Of a stretch of 64,000 nt of DNA, positions 29,392 to 40,131 are shown one piece after another; positions within the stretch are counted from its first letter, which is position 1; every line of letters starts with the position of its first letter. This DNA is from Puniceicoccaceae bacterium (GTDB taxonomy: Bacteria > Verrucomicrobiota > Verrucomicrobiia > Opitutales > Oceanipulchritudinaceae). The stretch covers positions 96,001 through 160,000 of the forward strand of contig JBFOMH010000003.1 of assembly GCA_040830765.1 (NCBI GenBank), read 5' to 3'. The notes under the pieces were generated by a model. The model was given only the letters and a program-made list of their open reading frames with translations, was not told the DNA's origin and searched no databases. A program made the position numbers and the translations under genes.

Positions 29392-30930
29392 TTATTCAAA
29401 ACTAAGTATTAGAGAGTCCAATACAGGTCTAACTTGTTCACCAACCGTTCCACTCACGCGAACCTCGGAACAAAATCCGTAGCCGGGTGAAATCCCAGTC
29501 GTATCCATATTTGCCGGAAACCGCTCCACCTGCTTGGCATAGCCTTCGATCGCTACATACCGCTCCTCCACTTCCTGCCAATCACTCCAGCTATCTAGCT
29601 GACCATCGCCATCCGTATCCACTCCGACCCGTACCTCCACCCCAGGAACCCAAGGGCCTGGGCTTACATAGTCAGTATCCATCTGGGTAATCAGATAAAA
29701 CTGTCCCTCTGCAAAAATAACATCCGGGTCCGGATGCCCCTCGCCAATGTGATCGCAGAACTCAAAGGGTTGATAAAGACTCGACGATGTGAACCAGGCT
29801 ACACTCATTTCATGTCCGCTCTTTCCAGCCGGATGAAAGTCGCCAAAAAGATAATACTGACCACCGATACCGATCGCAGCCCAGTCGCCGTAGGCATTCT
29901 GCTCGGGCTCATGCATCTCGTAACGGGCCGCTGCAAATTTTCGATCAGCCGGCGCCCACTTCCAACCCGGGTTGATCATTTTCGCTGGATATTTTTCCGG
30001 CAATGTCTGATGCCAATGTGGATGAGGATACTCGGCGAACGTCCCAGTTGGCGTAGTTCGCTCATCCACGGCGGGAGGAAGAATTTCGAATTCACCATAA
30101 CCCTGCGGACTCACGGCATGACCTGCCAGCGGAGAATCCCATGAGTGCTTGCCCGCATTGATTGGAATCCAGTCCTCATAGATCAGATGGAATCTTCCAT
30201 CCAATCCCCGGATAATGGCACAGTCAGATCCATCCGATGGATCCTTGAAAGCGAGTCCCATGTCCTTTCCCGGAACTCCGTCTGTTAAGTCATCGTCAAT
30301 ATACAGGTGTGGGTCCTGATCGTTTGGAAAATCGTAATAAATATATGCTTTACCATCGAAATACTCAGCCGTCGTGACCCAGCGCGAGAAGTTCTCTGTA
30401 ACGGGTCCGTAGTGAACCCAGCGAACCATATCAACACTCTTCCATGCATGATAGCCCCCAAGACTTTTCTCTAATCCTCCGGGCGCATCATACTGATTCT
30501 CAAATGGTGTTGTCTTCAGGGGAGTATCAAATCCATCAAGCTCGACCTCCGCTGAAGCGAATTCATTCCTTGCTTTCTCGTTACCATATCGACCGAAGAT
30601 CCAGTAATTACCTTCCCCTAAATTAAGAAATACTGGAGCATCTTCCAGATTGGAGGGGCCTATATTTGATATCGGATTCCAATCGAGCCAATCCGGTTTC
30701 TGCTTCAGCACAAAACTCTCAAGGGATACTTTACGATCAAATCGACGAACAACACTGGTGTATGACGCCCTGTCTGCATCAGGGGTAGCATATCCTTCAC
30801 CAAAATGAAGTCCTTCACTTTGTTCCATGGCCGACTTCCACTGTTCTTCAGAATCTATTTTCCAAACGATATCGGCGTTCACCGTAGCAGTGGATAGAAA
30901 TAACAATAGTATTTTCCCGTTCATTTTCAT
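29392..30930 (-). CDS. Secreted hypothetical protein, possible five-bladed beta-propeller glycoside hydrolase
   Basis: Signal peptide; DAPV, WKSVDMVRW, WVTTAEY, DCAIIRGLDGRFHLIY, HPDPD resemble GH43-clan blades. Confidence 0.5.
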   Translation of the reverse strand: MKMNGKILLLFLSTATVNADIVWKIDSEEQWKSAMEQSEGLHFGEGYATPDADRASYTSVVRRFDRKVSLESFVLKQKPDWLDWNPISNIGPSNLEDAPVFLNLGEGNYWIFGRYGNEKARNEFASAEVELDGFDTPLKTTPFENQYDAPGGLEKSLGGYHAWKSVDMVRWVHYGPVTENFSRWVTTAEYFDGKAYIYYDFPNDQDPHLYIDDDLTDGVPGKDMGLAFKDPSDGSDCAIIRGLDGRFHLIYEDWIPINAGKHSWDSPLAGHAVSPQGYGEFEILPPAVDERTTPTGTFAEYPHPHWHQTLPEKYPAKMINPGWKWAPADRKFAAARYEMHEPEQNAYGDWAAIGIGGQYYLFGDFHPAGKSGHEMSVAWFTSSSLYQPFEFCDHIGEGHPDPDVIFAEGQFYLITQMDTDYVSPGPWVPGVEVRVGVDTDGDGQLDSWSDWQEVEERYVAIEGYAKQVERFPANMDTTGISPGYGFCSEVRVSGTVGEQVRPVLDSLILSFE

Positions 30931-31013
30931 CTTTAAATCGCAATTTCATACCAAATTAGGCCGCGCAGACTAAGGGCACTCGGTTTGGACTATTCACATC
31001 TTATCATTCTGAT

Positions 31014-32786
31014 TTATTCCGGACGGTATAGATAAAGGTCGGCGATGACGGGCCTTCGGTTCTCACAGGAAACATGCAGCCTAACGTGATCCGTTTTAAC
31101 CGGCTCGACAACGGCTTCGTAGCCGTGTCCATGCGTTGATTTCTCCATAATGGTTTTCCAGCCGTTAGTCGTTTTCACTTCCATACGGATATCCTGGTGG
31201 TATCGCGGCCAGAGGTCCGGCTCATCCAGTGAATAGGCGTGGATCACAGTGGATTCTTCCAAATGATAGTCTAATTTGATTGGGCCATTCACTACTCCCG
31301 CTTCCCAGTGAGTTTTACTATTCCGATCCGCGGCCAGCACCGCCGGCTGTTTTTCCAGAGAGCTGTTTGCTTCCACAGATGCAACCGGCACCAGAATCGG
31401 CGCCGTAACTGGCTCGCCGACCAGCTGGAGTTCAATAACAGAGGAATGCTGGTTCGGGGCTGTTTTGGGGACTTCGATAATCAGGCGATCTACCGTAGAG
31501 CGGGTTTTGAGCGGATGAGCGGAATTGCCGAGCAGCGAAGCCTGCCGAATCGGACTGGTGAGCGGTACACGCAGCTCGCCGTTTTGCGGCCAGTCATTAA
31601 CAAAGAGGTAAATGCGATCGTTTTTGCGAGTGGCAGCACCCCATGAAAGATAATCGAACGGGCTTTTGGTCGTGGCATATACAGCATCACCGTAAAGATC
31701 AAGCCAGGCACCGACCGCTTTCAGTCGATCGACACTGGGAGCTGGAATAATGCCGTCGGCCGTCGGGCCGACGTTAAGCAAGAGGTTGCCGCCTTTGGAG
31801 GTGATTTCAATCAGCTTATGAATGAGCGTCGTTGTGGATTTCCATTGGTCATCTGCTGCGCAGTATCCCCAGTGGTTGTTCATGGTCATGCAGGTTTCCC
31901 AATCGCCGGGGAATCCCGATGCAGGCACAAACTGTTCGGCTGTATAGATATCCCCGCCCAATTTCACGCCGCCGATTCGATTATTTGTAATTATGTCAGG
32001 ACGCACCTCTAGCACAGCGGCGCCCAGTTTAAGTCCCCGCTTCTGGTTCATCAAAACCGGACTATCCCACCACATAATATCGATAGGATAGTTCTCCAAA
32101 ATCTCGCGAATTTGGGGCTCAGCAACTTCCTCCAGATAGGAATCGAAGCTACCGATATGAGCAGGATCCCAGCCCTCACTCTCTTTGAGCCGGCTTTTGC
32201 CCCCTCCCACGTGATACCAGTCCTGAGCTTGCGAGTAGTAGAAACCTATCTTAAGCCCGGCTCCATGCGCTGCTTTGACCAAAGGTTCCAATAAGTCCTT
32301 CCCGTACGGTGTGGAATCCACAACATTCCAATCGCTCGCTCCGGAAGGGAAAAGCGCAAAGCCATCGTGATGCTTAGCGGTAATCACGATGTATTTCATT
32401 CCTGCATTCTTCGCATAGCGAACCCATGCTTCCGGATCATAGCTCTTGGGATTAAATTGCGTGGCGTAACCCTCATACTCATTCAGGGATATCTTTTCTC
32501 GATACATGATCCATGCACCGTGGTCATTACGATTCCCATACACGCCTGCAGGAACTGCATAGATTCCCCAATGAATAAACATCCCGAACTTGGCTTCGCG
32601 CCACCACCGCATGCGATCATCCAACTGCTCTTTCGTTTCCTGCCTTAGAGAGCTTTTGCCATCCACATCGAGAACGGTGACACCGTCGATAGCTAGATTG
32701 GCGGCCTTTTCCGCTTTGGCTGCTAAGTAGCCGCAGGCAAGAATTGAAGAGAGGATTAAACAGACATTTTTTCTAAGAACTTTCAT
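31014..32786 (-). CDS. Alpha-L-fucosidase (GH29) with C-terminal F5/8-like domain
   Basis: WWREAKFGMFIHWG, AKHHDG, WWD, WETCMT, GGNLLLNVGP; C-terminal AADRNSKTHW. Confidence 0.93.
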   Translation of the reverse strand: MKVLRKNVCLILSSILACGYLAAKAEKAANLAIDGVTVLDVDGKSSLRQETKEQLDDRMRWWREAKFGMFIHWGIYAVPAGVYGNRNDHGAWIMYREKISLNEYEGYATQFNPKSYDPEAWVRYAKNAGMKYIVITAKHHDGFALFPSGASDWNVVDSTPYGKDLLEPLVKAAHGAGLKIGFYYSQAQDWYHVGGGKSRLKESEGWDPAHIGSFDSYLEEVAEPQIREILENYPIDIMWWDSPVLMNQKRGLKLGAAVLEVRPDIITNNRIGGVKLGGDIYTAEQFVPASGFPGDWETCMTMNNHWGYCAADDQWKSTTTLIHKLIEITSKGGNLLLNVGPTADGIIPAPSVDRLKAVGAWLDLYGDAVYATTKSPFDYLSWGAATRKNDRIYLFVNDWPQNGELRVPLTSPIRQASLLGNSAHPLKTRSTVDRLIIEVPKTAPNQHSSVIELQLVGEPVTAPILVPVASVEANSSLEKQPAVLAADRNSKTHWEAGVVNGPIKLDYHLEESTVIHAYSLDEPDLWPRYHQDIRMEVKTTNGWKTIMEKSTHGHGYEAVVEPVKTDHVRLHVSCENRRPVIADLYLYRPE

Positions 32787-32960
32787 TAGGTCGCATGGAC
32801 AAAATGCTTATCATTGTTAATGATATTGGGTTACAACGCCATACAGGTTTTTTTGACAGTATTCGATGTCAGAATACAAAGTCGACGAGATACCCTCGGA
32901 TATCCGCGAGGAGCTAAATAATTAAACTGTATCATCCGTTTTTTGAATACATTTTACGGT

Positions 32961-34334
32961 TTATGACTCCGCTTCCAATTTAATTACCGCTGCAATTTCG
33001 CCGGGAATCTCTCCGCTCAACAGGACCTCAGTAACTCCATTTTTTTGCCGAACTTCCAACGCCTGCTCGCCTCCGGTTCTGAGAAGACTGGCCTTTTCGA
33101 CCTGGCCGATTCCGTCAATTTCTAGAATACCGTCTTCCGGCCATTCGAAGACGTGAGCGTAAACAACCTTGCCCTTTGTGGTGTAGCGGCCCCAATCCGG
33201 TTTCTCAACAGGACTGGCTCCGGCGCCGTAAATGGCCTCACCGTTGACATCCAGCCAATCCCCCATGGCACAAAGCCGGTCGACGCTCTCACCCGGGATG
33301 AGACCGGATGCCGTGGGACCCACATTGAGGAGGAAATTGCCGCCCTTGGATACAATATCAATCAGGTTGTGGATTAGGACTGTTTCTGACTTCCAGTTCT
33401 TGTCGTCTGAACGGAATCCCCAGGTGTTGTTCATGGTCATACAAGACTCCCAATCCTCCCCCGGGATACCGGTATCGGGGATTTCCTGCTCTGGCGTTCC
33501 AAAATCCCCGGCAAAATTGCCCTCTGCATTCATACCAGCCATTCCCTGGCGGCCTTTGTCGACACGATTGTTGATGATGATATCCGGCTGGAGTGAGCGG
33601 ACAAAATCGTAAACATCCTTACCCATTTCGGTCGTGTAATCCGGTATCCATTCGCCATCAAACCAGAGGACCCCGATATCGCCGTAATTGGTTAGCAGTT
33701 CCCTAAGCTGAGGCTTCATGTATTCCTCAACATATCTTCGAAAGTTGGGATTGGTAGCGGTGTCATTCCTTCCCCGGTTGTAATAGGGCTCCCAGATCGC
33801 CTGTGCATCGGGATGGTGCCAGTCCATGATGGAATGATAGAAGCAGAGCTTAATCCCCTCTTCTCGGCAGGCATCTGCCAGTTCCTTTAGCAGGTCCTTT
33901 TCGTAGGGGGTTGCATCAACAATATCCCAATCCGTCAGCTTTGAATCCCAGAGGCAGAATCCATCATGGTGCTTGCTGGTGATGACGATGTATTTCATTC
34001 CGGCATCCTTGGCAATTTTCACCCACTGGCGGGCATTATATTGGACCGGGTTGAAGTGATTCGCAAATTTCTCGTACTCAGCAATGGGAATGTTTAAAGT
34101 ATCCATGATCCATTCGCCAATGTGCCGCTCTTGTTGGACCCCCCGGTATTGGCCAGCAGGAACGGCATACAGGCCCCAATGGATGAACATGCCAAAGCGA
34201 GCTTCCTTCCACCACTGCATGCGGGCAGCGCGTTCATCAGTTGATTCCGCCGAAGCCTCTGGTCCCAAACTAAATTGACCGCCTAAAAGCATAGCACACA
34301 CTATAATTCGAATAATATTTTTGCAGTGTTTCAT
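32961..34334 (-). CDS. Alpha-L-fucosidase (GH29)
   Basis: WWKEARFGMFIHWG, SKHHDGF, LWFDGEW, WESCMTMN, GGNFLLNVGP. Confidence 0.95.
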   Translation of the reverse strand: MKHCKNIIRIIVCAMLLGGQFSLGPEASAESTDERAARMQWWKEARFGMFIHWGLYAVPAGQYRGVQQERHIGEWIMDTLNIPIAEYEKFANHFNPVQYNARQWVKIAKDAGMKYIVITSKHHDGFCLWDSKLTDWDIVDATPYEKDLLKELADACREEGIKLCFYHSIMDWHHPDAQAIWEPYYNRGRNDTATNPNFRRYVEEYMKPQLRELLTNYGDIGVLWFDGEWIPDYTTEMGKDVYDFVRSLQPDIIINNRVDKGRQGMAGMNAEGNFAGDFGTPEQEIPDTGIPGEDWESCMTMNNTWGFRSDDKNWKSETVLIHNLIDIVSKGGNFLLNVGPTASGLIPGESVDRLCAMGDWLDVNGEAIYGAGASPVEKPDWGRYTTKGKVVYAHVFEWPEDGILEIDGIGQVEKASLLRTGGEQALEVRQKNGVTEVLLSGEIPGEIAAVIKLEAES

Positions 34335-34350
34335 TTTAGATATTAATTAT

Positions 34351-36108
34351 TTATTGTAGTCGTTTTAAAGATACAGCTCTCAGTTCCATGACCTGATTCC
34401 CAGGCATTTCGAGGGCTTTCACCGTTAAATTCGTTTTTCCTGAATTCAGTTTTAACAATCCGGCGGACAAGCTTGCCCAGTCCTTCTCGTGAACTTCCGA
34501 TTCACGGGGAAAGCGGTCCCGGTCCGGGTAGAGCGGTGGATCAAATGCCTCCGCTATGGCTACTTCGAGGGAATCGTCCCCCGCTCTTATTTCAATCCGG
34601 CTGCCGACATCTTTTTCGGGACAGGTATAGTTAAGGGTCACCGCGTATCGGCCCGCCGTTTCCACCTCAATATCCCATCTGACATAGGCCTGCGTGGAGG
34701 TCCAGTTGGTGATCCAGTCATTGGCCCATCCCCAGCGGGTCACGTAGCTGATCCCGGAATCGAAACGCTCCGCGCCAAAGGGGAATTCCGGATAGAGATG
34801 CGATTCATGGGCAGGCAGTTCAGTGACGGGACGCCCGGGATAGCCCACCGGGATGGCGAATGCCGTCTCATTCGCCGGCACATGTTTCTGGAGCCATTGC
34901 TGCAATTCCCTTTCCATTGACGCTTTCACATCCGGCAACGCCTGCCCAAGCGGCTGGGTTTGATTGGGATCTTCGAGCAAATCATAAAGTTCTCCCTCGG
35001 CCAACGCATAGCGTTCATTCCAGATACGGGTCCGATAGCCCCAATTCATGTAAAGGGTGCGGTCGGGCCAGCCAGCAGCGGGATTTTCCAAAAGCGGTCT
35101 CAAGCTCTTGCCATCGATATCACAGGGAATCAAATCGGGACGTCCGATCATATCCATAAGGCTCGGCAACAGGTCGACATGCGCAGTCACCTTTGGTATT
35201 CCTGTCCGTGGAGCGATTGCTTTTGGCCAGGAAACGAAGCAGGGCACTTTCATACCACCTTCATGGACGTCGCCCTTTTTACCTTTCAGACCACCATTGA
35301 AGCGATAAGTGTCGGGCCCGTTGTCAGAAAAGAATATAACGATGGTGTTCTCGCGCAGACCGGATTCCTCCAGCTTCTGCATCACCCGGCCCACATTATC
35401 GTCGATGTTCTCACACATCCCGTACACGCAGGCCGTGCGATCATCCAGGCCCATCTGTTTGTACTTATCAAAGTACTTATCCGGAACCTGGAGTGGACTA
35501 TGGGGTGTGTTGTAAGGGATGTAACAGAAAAAGGGTTGGTTCTTTGAGGCATCAATAAACTCGATCGCCCGGTCCGTCAGGTAATCGACGATAAAGCCTG
35601 AGGATTTGATTGAGCGTCCGTTTTCCTCCAATTTGGCGTCAAAGTAATCGCTCAAGTGGCCCGCGGAGAAACCGACAAACTGATCGAATCCACGTCCGTT
35701 GGGATGGTAGGGATAGTGTGCCCCGTTATGCCACTTGCCGAAGATACCGGTCCGGTAGCCTGCCTCTTTGAACAAGTCCGCCAGCGTGACCTCTTTCAAA
35801 TCCATGTTTTCCTGACCCCTTGTTACTCCATGCACGCCCGTGCGCGAGTGGAACTTTCCCGTCAGCAGACTGGCCCGGGTCGGTGCGCACACGGGACTGA
35901 CATAGAAGCGCTCTAATTGGGCTCCGCTTTCTGCAAGCCGATCGAGATACGGTGTTTGCAAATGGGGATTGTTATGCAGGCTCAAATCCCCCCACCCCTG
36001 GTCGTCCGTGAGAAAAACAACGACATTCGGAGGCTTGGCCCAGCAAAGCAGGGCCAGGTTCACTAACACTAAGTAGAGTATCGTCAGTTTATAGTTCAAC
36101 TTCCTCAT
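34351..36108 (-). CDS. Arylsulfatase (S1 family) with C-terminal beta-sandwich extension
   Basis: TDDQGWGD, CAPTR, GKWHNG, SDNG. Confidence 0.93.
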   Translation of the reverse strand: MRKLNYKLTILYLVLVNLALLCWAKPPNVVVFLTDDQGWGDLSLHNNPHLQTPYLDRLAESGAQLERFYVSPVCAPTRASLLTGKFHSRTGVHGVTRGQENMDLKEVTLADLFKEAGYRTGIFGKWHNGAHYPYHPNGRGFDQFVGFSAGHLSDYFDAKLEENGRSIKSSGFIVDYLTDRAIEFIDASKNQPFFCYIPYNTPHSPLQVPDKYFDKYKQMGLDDRTACVYGMCENIDDNVGRVMQKLEESGLRENTIVIFFSDNGPDTYRFNGGLKGKKGDVHEGGMKVPCFVSWPKAIAPRTGIPKVTAHVDLLPSLMDMIGRPDLIPCDIDGKSLRPLLENPAAGWPDRTLYMNWGYRTRIWNERYALAEGELYDLLEDPNQTQPLGQALPDVKASMERELQQWLQKHVPANETAFAIPVGYPGRPVTELPAHESHLYPEFPFGAERFDSGISYVTRWGWANDWITNWTSTQAYVRWDIEVETAGRYAVTLNYTCPEKDVGSRIEIRAGDDSLEVAIAEAFDPPLYPDRDRFPRESEVHEKDWASLSAGLLKLNSGKTNLTVKALEMPGNQVMELRAVSLKRLQ

Positions 36109-36130
36109 CTATCAGGAACTCATGCCTTAT

Positions 36131-36169
36131 TAAAAATGGCTCCCAGGGATAATCACCCCGGGAGCCATT
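36131..36169 (-). terminator. Intrinsic terminator after the TonB-dependent receptor
   Basis: Minus strand AATGGCTCCCGGGG-TGATTAT-CCCTGGGAGCCATT followed by TTTA. Confidence 0.72.
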
Positions 36170-36208
36170 CATACTAATACCCTACCCTACTAATACAAAT
36201 CCAAAACC

Positions 36209-39200
36209 CTAAAAGCTGAAGGTGTTTACAATTTCGAATACCCTTGGCTCACCGATGCGCACGCCTGTGACCTGCCCATCCGGATTGGCCTGGATCGGAA
36301 TTAAATCCCTGTCATTAAGCAAGTTGCGGATATTCAGACGGATTGACCAGTCAACGGTAGTGTCAAAGAGCCTCAGGTTCTTTTTCCTGTAGCCAAGCCA
36401 CAATTGCACACGCGTGTAGTCCTCTCCGTAAATGACCTTGTTGAAATCCGATTCCGTTTCACTTCCATCTTTTAGGCCGTATCCAATAGCTGCCGCATCA
36501 CGGTATTGAATGCTGCCCCCAATGTTGAAGCCCTTCAGCCTGCCCTCGGTGAAATTGTAATTCGTAATCAGATTCCAAGTCCACTCGGCTACTTCCGGGG
36601 AAGGCTGTCCGTTGGTGACCACCACCCTGGAATTCCACGGGTCGATCCAGTTATTGAAAATGAATGGTAAGAATGATGTTCCGGCAGCATTCCGCGGAAC
36701 TTGAGCGTAAGGTCCGAAAATTCCATCTCTGAGGGACAGATCCGGAGTGCCGTCCAGGTCCGAATCAAAGAATGGTGCATTATCCAACCAATCAATGAAT
36801 GCTTCGCCCGCTCCGGTCTGCACAGCCTCCTGCTTGGTGGCATTGAAGGCAATACGCCAGTTGGGCGTGGGATTGTAGACCATTTCCAGTTCCAATCCCT
36901 TGGCCTCCACATCCTGGGTATGAGTGGATCCTCCGGGATTCGTGAAGGTGTATCCATTGTTGCGGCTGGGATCGTATTGAATGTTGTACCAGTCCATCCA
37001 GTATTGAGGGGGCTGGGGAAGAACCAAGTCTTCAACACCGTCAAAATCGATATCCTTCCGAATATGCTGGGTTCCTTCCACATAACCCAAATTACCCTTG
37101 TAGCCCTTTTTGCTGGGATCGGTGCGCCCGTTTTTGATATCGGCAGCAGCTGACCGGTAGATGTTGCCAAGCAAAGTCTGGGATGCAAACCAGATAGTCC
37201 AGTTATTCACCGTTCCACTGACGTTGAGCTGAGTGGTTTCATACCGGGTCGCCTTGAGGGTCAGTTTGTCATTAAACATGCGAACGCGTACCCCATAGTC
37301 CTTGGTCTCACCGCTTGGCGGGTCAAGGGGTTCCCAGACCGCGTTAAAGCGCTGGGCACTTGGCTGGAAGTTCTCGGACTCGTTATAGAATCCGTGAACC
37401 GCCGTGATGAAACCGCCCGTCCAGTCCAGGAGAAAGTCAGGTAACTTGCCAACCACGCCATAAGTCGTCGTTTCTTTCTCGGAAATCAGGGCATCATCAT
37501 CCGTAATCCCGTCCACATTGAAAGTCTCGCGGTCGACGATGGCAGCGGAATCATCCGGTAACTGAGGTGCAGAACCCAATTGCCTGACATCGACCTGATC
37601 CTTCCGCCACGAGAACGTGCCCACGATATGATCCTTCAGCAGATAACTCTGCAAAACGACCGCTTGGGCGTCATATATGCTCCGCGAAACAGCACCATCG
37701 AATGGCACATTGAGGATAGCTGGTGCCGCCAGATCACGCCACCCGTCCGGAATCGGATTATCATCACCGCCATAGATTCGATGCACCCGGGCCAAGCTGC
37801 TGCCCTCCAGTAGATGGTTGGCGGGGACTTGATTTGCCTGGATACCTTGTATATTAGCACCCGCAGGAGAACTCAGGTCGGCGAGGGAATCCCCCAAATA
37901 GTGGACGCCGACCACGGTTGCTTGACCCCAGCGATCCGGTTCCAATCCAATCCCGAGGTTGTCATTAATGAAATCGGGTGACCATCCATTCGCATAATTC
38001 GCCCTGTAGGCATTTTCTTCAAACTTGGACGTCAGTCCGGTGACGACATGGCGGCCAAGCCACTTGAATAAATCATCGCGATCCCTCAAATCAATGTCGA
38101 TGAAGCCGGTCAACTGCTCAGTCTCGCGCTCTACATGGTTATAGACATCGCTGACGGCGCCACTGAAAACCATCGGCCTGCCGAAATTCGGGTTCGGGGT
38201 ACCGTCAACCAGGATCTTGTTGATGTCGATGGTCAGGCTGGACCGCGTGCCAATGGGCCCGCTCCACCAGTTTTCCCAGTTCTCATCAGCATAGGCGAAT
38301 TCAACACCGGCCTTGCCGTTGAAGAAGAGCTGCTGCAGGGAAAGGTTTTTAACATCGAAGTCATACCCTTCACGCTTCATGAACGGCCCCTCGATCATCT
38401 CCTTGCGATAGTCGAAGATCGAACGGTCCGTGACAACGGGGCTTCGCCAGAGGACGGTACCCCCGACACTGTCGGCAACACCGTCAACGCCCGTCCATTC
38501 ATCCAGTGCGTCCCCCAGGGTAGGGACAACCCCGTTGAACGGGTATTCAGCTGTTCCCGTTTGAGTCTGGTTATCCCAGGTACCGGTGGGCCAGACACCC
38601 AGCCGACCGGGTGCTGCGACAATGCCTCCTCCTGCCGGATGCCCCGGAGTGGAGGAAGTCGGGTCGGGAAACATGAGCGCCAGTGCGTTGTGCCAGTTGT
38701 TACTTACGCCAATTTGCAGGGCGGGGTTTTCTGCCGTCACATTACCCGAGTTTACCGGACCGGATGGCTGATGGTATCCAAGGTCACTTGATCCATACAG
38801 CCGCGCCAGCTGGGCATCCCAGGCGGGCTTCGGCGTCATGTTGACGGATCCCAGCACGTTCTGGGTATAAGGGTGGAACCACGGGGTAATCAGATCCTGT
38901 GGAGGCGTTGTCCGGGGATTGTTGGAACGTTGTTTACCATCTTCATAGCTGGCATCGATAATCGTCCTTCCCCAGAAGCCGTCGTTTTTGCCAATCAAGT
39001 CTTTCTGGAACGTTCCCGCCAGATAAATTCTGTCCATATCGCGGAAGGCATCATCCTGCTCGAATTTCCGGTTATCTTTAACTGCAGCAAGACGGACCGC
39101 CAGGACATCCTCGACGACTTCACGGTTAAAGTTCAGTTCGCCGCGCAAGCGGCCAAAGCTGTCCACCGCAAGGCGGATCCGATTCAAGTCCTTAAAGACA

Positions 39201-39772
39201 GCCTTCTGGGTAGCATTGTTGATAATCCCGGCAGGACTGCCCAGCCCGAAAAGCACCGCATTGGAACCACGATTGATTTCAACGCGATCGGTATTGTAGC
39301 TGTCGAAAGGAACCCTCGTCTGGAAGTAATTCCGGGAAGTGTCGGCTGCAGCCAGTCCCCGCACCCGGTTACCCTGCCCTCCGTTGCGGACATTGGTGAT
39401 GTCGTTAGGAACGCCCTGGGAGGCAATGTCACCGTTGGTGAAATTGCCCCGTGTACCGGAAACTTCCGTACCGGCCGTGTAGGTCAGGAGATCCCCGGCG
39501 TCGGTGGCTCCCACGTCTTCCATGAACTCCTTGGTGACGACGGTCACCGTCGAGGCAACGTCCTCCAGTTTGGTGTTCAGGCGGGATCCGGCAAGGGTGG
39601 CAGATGCCAGGTAGCCGATGTCCTCATCGGCTGACACTTCGAAAGGACTTAATTCAAAGACTTCATCGTCATCTTCTGAATCCTGTGAGAGAACGGGTGC
39701 TGTAGTGAAGCACAAGGCAAGAGCATAGGTAAACAATAAGCCTCTACGCTTAATGACATGTAGTTTGTTCAT
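36209..39772 (-). CDS. TonB-dependent receptor (Opitutales type)
   Basis: VFELSPFEV, GYLASATLAGSRL, VVTKEFMED, VEINRGSNAVLFGLGSPAG, C-terminal NTFSF. Confidence 0.93.
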   Translation of the reverse strand: MNKLHVIKRRGLLFTYALALCFTTAPVLSQDSEDDDEVFELSPFEVSADEDIGYLASATLAGSRLNTKLEDVASTVTVVTKEFMEDVGATDAGDLLTYTAGTEVSGTRGNFTNGDIASQGVPNDITNVRNGGQGNRVRGLAAADTSRNYFQTRVPFDSYNTDRVEINRGSNAVLFGLGSPAGIINNATQKAVFKDLNRIRLAVDSFGRLRGELNFNREVVEDVLAVRLAAVKDNRKFEQDDAFRDMDRIYLAGTFQKDLIGKNDGFWGRTIIDASYEDGKQRSNNPRTTPPQDLITPWFHPYTQNVLGSVNMTPKPAWDAQLARLYGSSDLGYHQPSGPVNSGNVTAENPALQIGVSNNWHNALALMFPDPTSSTPGHPAGGGIVAAPGRLGVWPTGTWDNQTQTGTAEYPFNGVVPTLGDALDEWTGVDGVADSVGGTVLWRSPVVTDRSIFDYRKEMIEGPFMKREGYDFDVKNLSLQQLFFNGKAGVEFAYADENWENWWSGPIGTRSSLTIDINKILVDGTPNPNFGRPMVFSGAVSDVYNHVERETEQLTGFIDIDLRDRDDLFKWLGRHVVTGLTSKFEENAYRANYANGWSPDFINDNLGIGLEPDRWGQATVVGVHYLGDSLADLSSPAGANIQGIQANQVPANHLLEGSSLARVHRIYGGDDNPIPDGWRDLAAPAILNVPFDGAVSRSIYDAQAVVLQSYLLKDHIVGTFSWRKDQVDVRQLGSAPQLPDDSAAIVDRETFNVDGITDDDALISEKETTTYGVVGKLPDFLLDWTGGFITAVHGFYNESENFQPSAQRFNAVWEPLDPPSGETKDYGVRVRMFNDKLTLKATRYETTQLNVSGTVNNWTIWFASQTLLGNIYRSAAADIKNGRTDPSKKGYKGNLGYVEGTQHIRKDIDFDGVEDLVLPQPPQYWMDWYNIQYDPSRNNGYTFTNPGGSTHTQDVEAKGLELEMVYNPTPNWRIAFNATKQEAVQTGAGEAFIDWLDNAPFFDSDLDGTPDLSLRDGIFGPYAQVPRNAAGTSFLPFIFNNWIDPWNSRVVVTNGQPSPEVAEWTWNLITNYNFTEGRLKGFNIGGSIQYRDAAAIGYGLKDGSETESDFNKVIYGEDYTRVQLWLGYRKKNLRLFDTTVDWSIRLNIRNLLNDRDLIPIQANPDGQVTGVRIGEPRVFEIVNTFSF

Positions 39773-39834
39773 GGTTTGTTTGGGTTTGAGTGAAATTTGG
39801 TTCAGTGTCTAGGCTGACCGTAGAAATGACCCGT

Positions 39835-39898
39835 ATACTAATCCATTATTGCCCGATCCGGAATGTCGATAATCGGCTATGTTATGTCAAAAATTGAC
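39835..39898 (-). promoter_or_regulatory. Locus regulon site 3
   Basis: Minus strand GTCAATTTTTGACAT (39898-84), GCCGATTATCGACAT (39877-63), TAGTAT (39840-35). Confidence 0.7.
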
Positions 39899-40078
39899 CT
39901 GTTCATTTTTATCACAAATCAAATTGTTTAAGTGCCGCATTATGAATAGCATCTGGCCATGAAGGCTTTACAGGTGCAGTGCTTCCGAGTAACAATGACG
40001 CCTTTGCATCAGGATGTTGTGCCTTTATAGTGTGGTGGGAAAGCTCCATGTGGGCGCAATGATTGTCATTCTATCAAG

Positions 40079-40110
40079 TGGGATTTAATTGCCGGGACAA
40101 TCAAATCCCA
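40079..40110 (-). terminator. Stem-loop just 3' of the 51807-40132 gene run
   Basis: Minus strand TGGGATTTGATTG-TCCCGG-CAATTAAATCCCA, 13-bp stem with one G-U pair; weak U tract. Confidence 0.5.
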
Positions 40111-40131
40111 ACCCATTGAAGGGGAATTCTT

